IMG/VR virus record: IMGVR_UViG_3300042991_001118
Location: 1-64,000 of that record
Source: a virus
Length of the DNA: 64,000 nucleotides
Direction: 5' to 3' (one strand)
A program made the position numbers and the translations under genes. Of this stretch, positions 11,270 to 20,424 are shown one piece after another. The notes below the pieces were generated by a model, which did no database searches, was not told the origin of the DNA, and saw nothing but the letters and a program-made list of their open reading frames with translations. The stretch's first letter is position 1. Each line of letters starts with the position of its first letter.

Positions 11270-12050
11270 TGAAAAATTAAATGAGTTTCACGTCTGGTGA
11301 AGAGCTAGAAAACTTAGCTTGGCAGCCCAGAACCCTTAAAAATGCCCAGAAGAATCCAAGATGGCACAAATAAGTGCAAGGATTAGGGCGGGTGGACGGG
11401 ATGAACGCTAAGAATACTCTAGCGACTCCAACCAGTGCAGAAGTCGGTTGCCCCACTATCCAGAAATGGAAGATGGTGAAAGAAAGACGAAAGTCTTTTA
11501 GAAACCTGAATGACAAGACTTCTAAAAAGGCGAGGCGCAAAGACACACAACGGTGGCTTGTAAGATGTGTGTCCAAAAGAAAAGCCTAAAGCGCAAAACC
11601 CTACATGTGAGTCCCGTAGACAATCAAGGAACTTAGAAAAATCCTCTGGTTGGGTACGAGGATGTCAAGTGAAAAGACTCGAAGACAGAGGTGCTAAGAC
11701 CGAATCTTCTCGAATGAGTCCGCACTGGCCGAACCACGAGGTTCAGGTACAATCTTTCAGTGCGCCGCTTCTTGGTACGCGCAATGCGAAAAAATGGGAA
11801 GACTTCCCAATACCACTAAGCGTAACCCAAGGTCATCTCAGGGAACTAAGCCCGAACGACCTTCCAGAGTACCTGGCGAAAGGGGAGATTGCGAAACACT
11901 CCTAAACGAAAGTTTAGGGCCGAACTCGAAAGAGGGAAGGATACCTGGCGAAGTGTGAAAGACACGAAGTAGCCATGAAGACAACGTAGGGTGTGATCTC
12001 CGAGGGTGGCTTGCCTAAGCCGAATCGGAAGAGCAAAAAAGAAACTCCTT
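11270..12050 (+). ncRNA. Candidate large structured ncRNA (~780 nt)
   Basis: No credible ORF; GAAA-capped hairpins (11483-11498, 11901-11918, 11925-11934); long-range stem 11598-11604/11986-11992; lies between a promoter and a terminator. Confidence 0.65.
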
Positions 12051-12065
12051 TGATTTAAAACTACA

Positions 12066-12118
12066 AAAAGTGGAGTGCTTTTTCAATAACCATACGAAAA
12101 AGCTATACTCCGCTTTTT
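12066..12118 (+). terminator. Terminator-like hairpin
   Basis: aaaagtggagt...actccgctttt stem followed by a T run. Confidence 0.55.
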
Positions 12119-12428
12119 GTATTAAATGGTTAATGTTTCGAGTAAGCAGAAAAAAAAATGCGATTATAAGTCCTGTTTCTAATGGTAGATAACAGGCAGA
12201 GAAGTAATGAATTTTCTGCCGTTGCGAAACAACAAAACAAATATGACAAGAATAGGCTGCGCCCTACTCCTCACGGAGTGTGCTGTGTATGTCTTGGTTC
12301 CCACGCGGTACCGAGACACGTCTGAGTTTACTCAGATGGGTTGGATTCCCCAGGTCATATTTCAGCAACCAATTAACAAATTTTTCTGAGGCATCCCAAT
12401 GCGGAGTAAGTCCTCAAAGGAGATTTTT

Positions 12429-12740
12429 ATGGAACTTGTTGTAATTATTTTTTCTAGTTTATCTTTTCTATTCACAATTTTTGGTTGGATAACTGCTATG
12501 TGGCAGCTAAAAGACCTGCGGAAACAACTGGCAGCCAACAAATATTCCATTTACCTCTTCATTGATGGTAAGTGGATTCTGGCACCACAAGAAGCAATAG
12601 ACGCAGGTCTTGCCCTCGTCGAGGGACGACAGGCGTATGGAGCTATCACAAGCGGATTGTGTGACCACATAGTGGACAGGAAAAAAGAAAAAATTTACAT
12701 GTTCCCTAAAGGAGCTAAGGTAGAGATACCTACCGAATAG
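12429..12740 (+). CDS. Hypothetical membrane-anchored protein
   Basis: AAGGAG RBS, N-terminal TM helix. Confidence 0.7.
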   Translation: MELVVIIFSSLSFLFTIFGWITAMWQLKDLRKQLAANKYSIYLFIDGKWILAPQEAIDAGLALVEGRQAYGAITSGLCDHIVDRKKEKIYMFPKGAKVEIPTE

Positions 12741-12904
12741 CTCCCATCCACTGAACGACAAGCGTTCTATCCTGGTGCAAGTCCAGGCAGTGGATCAATT
12801 AAGGCTTCGCCGTGATGCGCCATGAAGCACACGGCACAGGAAAAAAAGAACAAACAATTTTTGAGGCTTCCAGACAAATGGTATAAGTCCTCAAGGAGGT
12901 CATT

Positions 12905-12967
12905 ATGGGCTTCGTAATTGCTATGGCGGTTTGGGCCGCCATTGGCTATGCCCTCTTTGCGGCATAG
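12905..12967 (+). CDS. 20-aa hydrophobic microprotein MGFVIAMAVWAAIGYALFAA
   Basis: AGGAGG RBS within motif D; manual translation. Confidence 0.55.
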   Translation: MGFVIAMAVWAAIGYALFAA

Positions 12968-12969
12968 CT

Positions 12970-13923
12970 CAAACCCCTGTGACCCTAACACACGTTAGCG
13001 GTCGGCTCAGTTAAAAAACCACACTAAAGGGTACTGGGCGTTAAGTGTGGAACGGACGTGATTATGAGTTCTTCCGGTGGAAGCGATATCATTACGCGTA
13101 AGACAAGGTCTGAAACGTAATGGAGTTAAGTACACCAGAAGAAAAACGAGTAAGAATATCCGAATCCTGAACGTATTGGAAAGAAGACAGCATTTCTCGA
13201 TGTCGATTATAAGACCTGAATCTCACGAGAGAAACAGGCTGAGAAGCAAAGAAAACTGTTGTAAAAATTGGGAAAGAAAAAGCATTAGTAGGCGCGAATA
13301 ATATGGATTAGACGATAAGCCCTATCATTTTGAATTTTGGAACCATGCGGAAAGCCAAGACGTTCCGGAAACCTTTATATAATAAAACGAGAGCAAACCA
13401 GCTAAGGAGGGTTTGCTCCCAACGTGAATTACCCGTTGTTGCCACGCCCTACGTGATTATAATAGTCGCCTCTGTTGAGAAACAATCTCATGCTTATCTC
13501 AGAATAAGACCGAAGAGATATTAGCCTCAACATGCTGCCGCCAAGGCGTGCTGGACCCCATCGCAAAAAGTAAAACAATACTGGCAAGTTAATCCAAGTC
13601 TCCATAGAGAAGTTGGTTTTTTTGCGTGAGAAATGGAAAGCAAAACGAAAGAGACACCCAGCCGTGCGCACACCAAGAAGCGAAGCATGTGTTGCTCCTT
13701 ACTCCCTTGGAGGAGTAAACATTGGAAAATAGATTATCTGTATTCCAGTGGTTCCTTATGTGAACTGGACAATAAATCTGCTGCTCGATCTCGTTCGGAC
13801 AGTCTAAATAATTGTCGACTATAGGCACACTGTGCTTATCTGGGAGCATACCCCAGTTAGACTATCACGTTCTACACCCCTGGTACCGATCCTAATGTGG
13901 GACGGCGGCCAGGGTCTTTTTTT
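12970..13923 (+). ncRNA. Second candidate large structured ncRNA (~950 nt)
   Basis: ORF-poor; multiple hairpins; possible end-to-end pairing 13054-13062/13864-13872; ends in a hairpin plus T7 tract. Confidence 0.45.
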
Positions 13924-13972
13924 ATTCCATTTTTGAGGCAGTCATCGACATAAGTCCTCAAAGGAGTTTTGT

Positions 13973-14212
13973 ATGAAAAAGATAAAAAAATCGTTTATAG
14001 AAATATCTCCCAAACTTTTTGGGACGGAAGAAAAAGTAATTTTTAAAAATGTGGGAAAAAAATCCATCGAAATAGTGGGGATTTCCCCAATAATTCCAAG
14101 AGGGAGGCAGCTACGGAGTATCGAAATCTATTTCGTGGCACAGTTTATTATTCCACGAAAAAAAAACTGGAAAGAAAACGCAACCAGCGTGCTTAAAAAA
14201 TTAGGATGCTGA
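13973..14212 (+). CDS. Hypothetical protein
   Basis: AAGGAG RBS behind motif D. Confidence 0.65.
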   Translation: MKKIKKSFIEISPKLFGTEEKVIFKNVGKKSIEIVGISPIIPRGRQLRSIEIYFVAQFIIPRKKNWKENATSVLKKLGC

Positions 14213-14687
14213 TTCTTCAAGTTGTAAAACCCGATGCCCCACGGAGATGACTTCAATGTAACGGCAATACTAAGAAAAAGAATTCCATGCTGGAAGCCAA
14301 TGTCCGGCGCATGGAACGGAAGGCTGCACCGTGGACATGAAATGAAAGCAGGACGAATAATCCAATGCAATAAAGGCATTTATTGCATTGGATATATGGC
14401 ATGGACGTATGCAGGACATAAATTCAAATTTGACATCTTCACGGGCTGTTAAACTGAATTAGTATCCTCGACGACGTAAAAATAGATTTGGTTAGCTTTA
14501 GCTATATCTAACCATTCCATATAAAACTTCACGATAAATGCCATCGTGAAGACTAAAGCTAAAGGCACAATTTAACCCTCGTTAAACACGCCATTATAAA
14601 GACGTGTCCTGGAGAATAACCAGGATTGTGCAATACAAACCCTGCTAAAGTAGCAGGTACTTATCCCAAAATTTTAAGGAAAAATAA

Positions 14688-14927
14688 ATGGAAAAATTAA
14701 GTTTTCTTACCGAGGTACAAGGAATTTTGAGGTCCAAAGATGTTGGGCACCTATGCAGTCTAGAAAAAAAGTATGACGTACCCAACATAAAGTTGCATCC
14801 TCTAGAAAAAGTTTTGCTGGAAGTATGTTCACACCGCAGGATGCAACTCAAGCGGTCCAAAAATAATACGAGATTCAATGAGCAATATTGGTGGTGGCAA
14901 TACCTCCAGTATTGCAAAGACGAATAA
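14688..14927 (+). CDS. Hypothetical protein
   Basis: AAGGA RBS, 79 aa. Confidence 0.6.
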   Translation: MEKLSFLTEVQGILRSKDVGHLCSLEKKYDVPNIKLHPLEKVLLEVCSHRRMQLKRSKNNTRFNEQYWWWQYLQYCKDE

Positions 14928-14943
14928 CCCATCACGCAAAAAC

Positions 14944-15969
14944 ATGCACCGCAGAGATAACTTCAAAGCGCGTGCTCTATGTATCTAGCCCGTGAAGCTA
15001 AGACAAAAACACCTTAGTCTTCACGGGCTATTTTTTTATCTCTACAAATTTTTTACAGGGCTTCCCACACAGGATATAAGACCCTAAAGGAGTTTTTATG
15101 GTAACGTTTCTACGGGCATTATATAACGCCACACAGTGCACGGGACTGCAAGGTCATTACAACTTAAATAGTTGTATCCTGACACAAGACTCCGTCGCAG
15201 CCAGCGACGGAAAGAAATTGTATGTCTCTCACCCTACCGAATATCCCTGGAAAGAAATTTCTCAAGGAGAGGAAGAAATATTTCTGTTCCCCCTTGGGAA
15301 ACAGAAACAAGACTGGTCCACCCCGATAATCAAAAAAAATCAAAAGGAGCAACCAATACTCCAGGCACTAGGGTGTGACTGGGCAATCCAAACGCCACAA
15401 AACACCACATCTAAAATGTTGGGATTTAAAAAGATGATGTCCGTTTTCCCAACTATCGAAAATCCATACTATATGCCAGTTTTGGCAGCAGGATGGAAAG
15501 AAATAATGAAATGGAAAAAGAAACACGAAATGGGCAGAAAAAAGAAAGATTTCTGTCCCGTGGTGTTTTCTCAAGTGGACGGAGGGCTATACGCCCAGTG
15601 CTCACGAGAGCCAAATCACCATCCATCGGATGGTGAACCAAATTACGTACCAATAGATGAAATCCCCATAATCCATGTGGTGGAACGCTGCCGAACGACC
15701 GTAAAGGCGTTCGCGATAAACATGTGTCTTATTCCGAAGCACATGCCAGCACCACAAGAGTTGTGCGCCGATGCATCGTATGAGAACAGAACATCTGTGC
15801 TTCTGCGATGGGGTAGAGAAAAAATATTTCTGATCGGGCTTCCCCTGATCGAGGAATAAAAAAATGCACCGCAGAGATGACTTCAAAGCGCGTGCTCTAT
15901 GTATCCTAGCCCGTGAAGCAAAGATGAGTCACAACGTGACATGTCTGAAACTTCACGGGCTTTTTTTTT
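14944..15969 (+). repeat. Motif A: hairpin plus intrinsic terminator, 2 copies (14944-15037, 15864-15969)
   Basis: Near-identical atgcaccgcagagat...gcgcgtgc followed by the agcccgtgaag/cttcacgggct stem and a T tract. Confidence 0.8.
15098..15859 (+). CDS. Hypothetical protein, weak resemblance to a beta-clamp-like domain
   Basis: YNLNS...VAASDGKKL resembles Y-x-LNG...VATDGHRL. Confidence 0.5.
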   Translation: MVTFLRALYNATQCTGLQGHYNLNSCILTQDSVAASDGKKLYVSHPTEYPWKEISQGEEEIFLFPLGKQKQDWSTPIIKKNQKEQPILQALGCDWAIQTPQNTTSKMLGFKKMMSVFPTIENPYYMPVLAAGWKEIMKWKKKHEMGRKKKDFCPVVFSQVDGGLYAQCSREPNHHPSDGEPNYVPIDEIPIIHVVERCRTTVKAFAINMCLIPKHMPAPQELCADASYENRTSVLLRWGREKIFLIGLPLIEE

Positions 15970-16023
15970 GTTTCTACATTTTTACAGGGCAGTCTACGGA
16001 CATAAGACCCTAAAGGAGATTTT

Positions 16024-16200
16024 ATGTACAAAGTATTTGCAAGAACATGGTGGAAAAAGAATGAAAGCTGACCAGACGGACTAGATCCGCAGGCCGGAAA
16101 ACCCACCACCATAAAGAAAAACATTCCAAGCGGAGGCGTTCGCAATCGCCAAAGAGTGGAATAAAAAAAATAAACCGCATTGGCTTATCACCGATGCGGT
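16024..16200 (+). pseudogene. Disrupted small phage gene
   Basis: Good RBS; MYKVFARTWWKKNES*PDGLDP (TGA at 16069); plausible continuation AEAFAIAKEWNKKNKP in another frame. Confidence 0.45.
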
Positions 16201-16266
16201 TTTTTATTCCCTTTAACTTTTTTTTGCGTGAGTAGGAAAGCATTCCGAAAACGCAGGAGGAAAAAA

Positions 16267-16938
16267 ATGTTTATACATCTAAGCATGCCCAGTAAGATGC
16301 CTTGCCCAGCTTGGTCGCTTCCGACCAACATGTGCATCTCTGGGCAACGGTTCATTAGGGAAGGTGCTCTTCTCAATAAGCCCTACGTTTGCCGCGTTTG
16401 TTACGCAAACTGTGGGACGAGTTCTTTCCCTGTATCAATCGAACCATTGCAAAAAAACTGGGAGGCATACGCCTCCAACCCACAAAAGTGGGTAAGGGAA
16501 ATATCTACGAAAATATGGGCAGAGTGCAACTGCTTATATTTTCGCTGGTTCCATTGTGGAGACATACAAAGTCCAGATATGCTGGGGCATATCATGGATG
16601 TTGCCGAACGGTGTCCCAGAACGTCATTCTGGATTCCCACAATTGAAAAAGAAATGGTATTGATGGTCTTAAAAGACCGGAAAGTACCAAGCAACCTCAC
16701 AGTCAGAGTCTCTTCCCCAGAAGTTGACTCTATGCCACAGCCGTGGCAAACACCTGGGGTGTGCAACTCCATGGTGTCCTATAAAGAAAAATGGACATGC
16801 CCAGCGCATACAACCGGAAATCAATGCAAAACCTGTCGCGCCTGCTGGGATAGAAAGGTTGAACTTGTGGCGTACCCATTGCACACGGGATGCCATCTCC
16901 AATCCGATACGACAGCGCGGCGTATCGGACTCATCTAA
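16267..16938 (+). CDS. GP88-like Cys-rich phage protein
   Basis: SKMPCPAWSLP, CxxCYA, FRWFHCGD, WIPT, NLTVRVS, CPA, CxxCRACWD motifs; AGGAGG RBS. Confidence 0.75.
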   Translation: MFIHLSMPSKMPCPAWSLPTNMCISGQRFIREGALLNKPYVCRVCYANCGTSSFPVSIEPLQKNWEAYASNPQKWVREISTKIWAECNCLYFRWFHCGDIQSPDMLGHIMDVAERCPRTSFWIPTIEKEMVLMVLKDRKVPSNLTVRVSSPEVDSMPQPWQTPGVCNSMVSYKEKWTCPAHTTGNQCKTCRACWDRKVELVAYPLHTGCHLQSDTTARRIGLI

Positions 16939-17027
16939 AAAAACAGAGACATGTCAGGCAAACAATCTGATGTGTCTTCCATTTCCCCACTGTAAATCCA
17001 ATAAATTCTTTTTTGAAAGGAAAAGAT

Positions 17028-17828
17028 ATGGAAAACCAACAGCAGGAAAAAATCAGAAAAACACTGGACGGAATCATCCAGTTGTTCCAAACAGGGAACG
17101 TTCCCCAAGCGATTTCCATCGCGATGTTCCCTCAAAACGATGTCCCCTCAGCCAATTGGTCCCTGTCAAACAGAATCATCATGGCGATTAACGGGACATC
17201 AGATGCCAGAGGCTTCCAACAATGGAAGCAAGCTGGACGGAACGTCAAGGCAGGAGAGAAAGCATTTCACATCTTGGCTCCCAAGATGATTAAGAAGAAG
17301 ACAAAAACCGATGCAAATCAGGATCAGAAAGACGAATTTATGTGTATCGGATTCCTGACCATACCTGTGTTCAAAGTAGAACAGACGGAGGGAAAACCAG
17401 TCCAGTACGAAAAACTGGTTCTTCCAAATCTCCCATTACTGGCGAAAGCACTGGAATGGCACATCGATGTCATCCCAGTGTCTGCACATGGCGAATGGCG
17501 TGGCGCATACAGCTACAACGAGTTGGGAATTGAGAATATCAAGCTCGCCACGCCACATGAGAAAACATTTTTTCATGAACTTTCTCACGCCGCGCATAAA
17601 CGAGTGCTCGGAGAATTAAAAAAATGCCAAGACCCCAAACAAGAGATTGTTGCGGAACTGGCCGCGCAAACCCTGTCCCAACTCGTCGGAATCGAGACAG
17701 AAAGCTCTCTAGGAAATTCCTACGAATACATCAAAGAATATTCCGAGAAAATCGGTAAAGACGTAGGGAAGGCTTGCCTTTCAGTGCTTTCAGAGGTTGA
17801 GAAGATTTTAACCCTCATCCTCGAATAA
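17028..17828 (+). CDS. ardC: ArdC-family antirestriction protein (ssDNA-binding plus zincin-like domain)
   Basis: WSLSNR, RGFQQWKQAGRNVKAGEKA, HELSH, EIVAE motifs. Confidence 0.8.
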   Translation: MENQQQEKIRKTLDGIIQLFQTGNVPQAISIAMFPQNDVPSANWSLSNRIIMAINGTSDARGFQQWKQAGRNVKAGEKAFHILAPKMIKKKTKTDANQDQKDEFMCIGFLTIPVFKVEQTEGKPVQYEKLVLPNLPLLAKALEWHIDVIPVSAHGEWRGAYSYNELGIENIKLATPHEKTFFHELSHAAHKRVLGELKKCQDPKQEIVAELAAQTLSQLVGIETESSLGNSYEYIKEYSEKIGKDVGKACLSVLSEVEKILTLILE

Positions 17829-17993
17829 AACCCATGCACCGGAGCAGTGAAAAACCTGCCCGTGTGCAACACGCCACACCATTTAACGGAGCCGCATGTT
17901 GCGTTAGCACTTCGTTCCGCTTAGAGTGTAGACGAATGCCGTCGAAATAAGCTGTCATAGGAGTGCAACGCACGGAAAACTGCGGAAATCTAT

Positions 17994-18323
17994 ATGGAAA
18001 AAATCGAAATATTAAAAGTCCTAACAAAAGTATACGAGGCGACCACACCACAAGAAGCACAAAAAAAACTTTTTTTGGCAGAGAAACTATCAAAGTTCAC
18101 CCTTCCCTGTCCAATGTGTTTTTCCTCTGACTACGAAGGATCTCCAGAACGATCCCAGTTCGGGGAGAACATGCATTTTTCGTTCGAGACGCAGAGTTTT
18201 TTCTGTGAGGATTGTGGAAATGAATACTCGGCGGACGCGATTCTGACCGAGCTATCCGAAAAAATCGAGGAGTTTAGTAGGAACATTGAGGGCTTCGCTC
18301 TCCTCCTGCCCTTCCTCGAATAA
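17994..18323 (+). CDS. Zn-ribbon hypothetical protein
   Basis: CPMC...CEDC; start follows motif B. Confidence 0.7.
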   Translation: MEKIEILKVLTKVYEATTPQEAQKKLFLAEKLSKFTLPCPMCFSSDYEGSPERSQFGENMHFSFETQSFFCEDCGNEYSADAILTELSEKIEEFSRNIEGFALLLPFLE

Positions 18324-18399
18324 ACCAAAGGCAACGTCCAGGTGAAACATCCTGGATGTTGCAGCACGAATCAGTCTTCTCATGAAAGGAGAAAAAACC

Positions 18400-18861
18400 A
18401 TGAGAACACAACTCTTTGAGGATGCGAATGCATCCCACTCCCTCTTCGTAAATGCCATAGTGAATGAGGGTGGAGAGTTCAAAGCGCGGACCTTCACGAA
18501 GGTGGCGATTGAACTCGTGCAGAGAAATGGCGAAAACCAGGCAACCCAAAACGTGTCCTTCTTCTTGGACATGGGCGACGCTCTAGCCTGGTTCACAATG
18601 ATGTCCGATACAACCTGGACGATGGAGCTAACCCAGTTCAAAGAATTCTCTGGAAAAACTCGGGGTATAAAAATTTCCCCAACCGGAGGGAAGGGAGTCC
18701 GAGTCTCCATCCAGGAAACAAACGGAACCGAAAAAAAACTCATTTACTTTGACCTGAGTAAGGTCAAAGCATTGGAAATGGCACTCGTTGTGAGTGCCTT
18801 CACAAAGGTGTTTTTCAACAAAAAATTTAGCCAATTATTGGCTAAGGAGGAAATTCAATGA
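18400..18861 (+). CDS. Hypothetical protein
   Basis: AAGGAG RBS, start MRTQLF. Confidence 0.7.
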   Translation: MRTQLFEDANASHSLFVNAIVNEGGEFKARTFTKVAIELVQRNGENQATQNVSFFLDMGDALAWFTMMSDTTWTMELTQFKEFSGKTRGIKISPTGGKGVRVSIQETNGTEKKLIYFDLSKVKALEMALVVSAFTKVFFNKKFSQLLAKEEIQ

Positions 18862-19079
18862 ACGATAGAAACATGGATAGAAACAGTGACCCTGCCAATC
18901 TTTTAAAAAACCTAGGCATGTGCAAAACCATTCCAGAGTTGTTGGCGGACTCGGTCCGCAACAACGATTCCCTCGCGGTACGAATCGAGCAGCCATCCGG
19001 CTGCATAACGATCGGACATAAACCTAAGACCTCAAATTCTCGCCGCGAACTAATCATAAAGGTCGAAAGCGACGACTAA
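18858..19079 (+). CDS. Hypothetical protein
   Basis: AGGAGG RBS, ATGA overlap with the upstream gene. Confidence 0.6.
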   Translation: MNDRNMDRNSDPANLLKNLGMCKTIPELLADSVRNNDSLAVRIEQPSGCITIGHKPKTSNSRRELIIKVESDD

Positions 19080-19417
19080 GAAAAAAGGGACTGGACTGGA
19101 TAAAATCCTGGACAGTCCAACACGCGCCGAAGGCATATCGCCGAAGGCAAAACTGAAAGGATAATTATGTCTGAACAACGAAAAAAAATCATGTTGTCGC
19201 AGTTAGCGGAGGCAATCCGCAAGACAACACGGACGTGAAAAAAGAGCAGGGTCAGAGTGGAATATCTCTACCCTCGCTAACATATCCCGTACCATAATCA
19301 CACTATTTAATGGATCCACATGTTGCGTTAGCACATCGTGCTGCTTAGAGTGTAGGCGGATGCCGCCGAAATAAGCATGTAGCGGTCGTACAATGCACAG
19401 AAAACTGTGGAAATTTT

Positions 19418-19615
19418 ATGTCTGAAAAAAAGCAATATCTCTGCATGGTCATGGCGTATACCATAGTACCATGCTTATTGGGTCTTTTTGGAAAAGACGG
19501 ATTCCTGGCTTCTTTCACGGAAGCGGGAATCGCCATCCTGGCATTCATTGCCGGAGGCGTTGGATTTTTTCTGATCGGAAAAACTATCATAGCCATCGAA
19601 AAATGGCTTGATTAA
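19418..19615 (+). CDS. Small 2-TM membrane protein
   Basis: Hydrophobic 65 aa, between motifs B and C. Confidence 0.65.
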   Translation: MSEKKQYLCMVMAYTIVPCLLGLFGKDGFLASFTEAGIAILAFIAGGVGFFLIGKTIIAIEKWLD

Positions 19616-19806
19616 ATGAAAAAAGAGCAGGGTCAGAGCGAAATACCTCTACCCTTGCTACTAGGCACAGACAGGGTATTATGCCCTATCTGTCTTTTTT
19701 TAAGGACACAGGTGCAGAGCACATCGTGCTGCTTAGAGTGTAGGCGGATGCCGCCGAAATAAGCATGTAGCGGTCGTACAATGCACAGAAAACTGTGGAA
19801 ATTTGT

Positions 19807-20424
19807 ATGTTAAAGTTTATAACAAGACCAGCATCCAAGCTGGAAACAATTTCATCATTCAGGATTGAACAAATCACTGAGCATATCCACACAAATATCA
19901 GATCGTGGGAATGCGAATGTGTCGTCATCAACGAAACACAAACTGGGAAAGCCTGGTATGATGGAGTAGTAGTGGTATCTAATTTCGGACCAAATCATGG
20001 AATGGGATGGGAAACATGGATTCTCGCGAAAGAAATCCGTTCCAACAATCCCCAAACGCTATTCTGGTATAGCGAAGGAATCCGATGGGAATGGCTCCAC
20101 CACGAAACAAAACGTGATGTAAGGCAAGAGAAAATGGTTATACTGCCAATTTCGCAAAACAACAGGATGGACAATAGATTCCATCTAAAGGACATCCTGA
20201 AAAATAGAATGGCAACATGTCCAATCCCTATCGCTCCATCTATCCCAGGATTCTCCCTAGCGGAAATCCAAAATCCAGCGATGGTAAATGTTTCTGCGCG
20301 AAATGCGCAGAGGAAAGAAAAAACACATAAAAAACTAAGCGGAGGTCGGAGCGAAACGCTTCCCTTCGCTATCACGAAACAGAGAGGTCGAAACCTCTCA
20401 TTTTTTTTCAAAAAGGAAATTTTT
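19807..20424 (+). CDS. Hypothetical protein, open in frame into RadC
   Basis: Start follows motif B; the 3' part crosses hairpins and a T tract, so the true end is uncertain. Confidence 0.4.

Larger units (their letters stand above)
12387..16015 (+). promoter_or_regulatory. Motif D: RBS-proximal covarying hairpin, 5 dispersed copies (12387, 12862, 13934, 15057, 15986)
   Basis: (T)GAGGC/AGGGC - inner 3-bp stem - TAAG(T/A) - CCTCA/CCCT - A(A)GGAG - ATG. Confidence 0.75.

Noticed and set aside
11277-11905. Short ORFs within the first ncRNA candidate
   Set aside because: No RBS, non-ATG or overlapping starts, and no protein-like motifs
17892-17985. Motif B as a hammerhead ribozyme (stem-GAAA-stem)
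   Set aside because: It lacks the CUGANGA core
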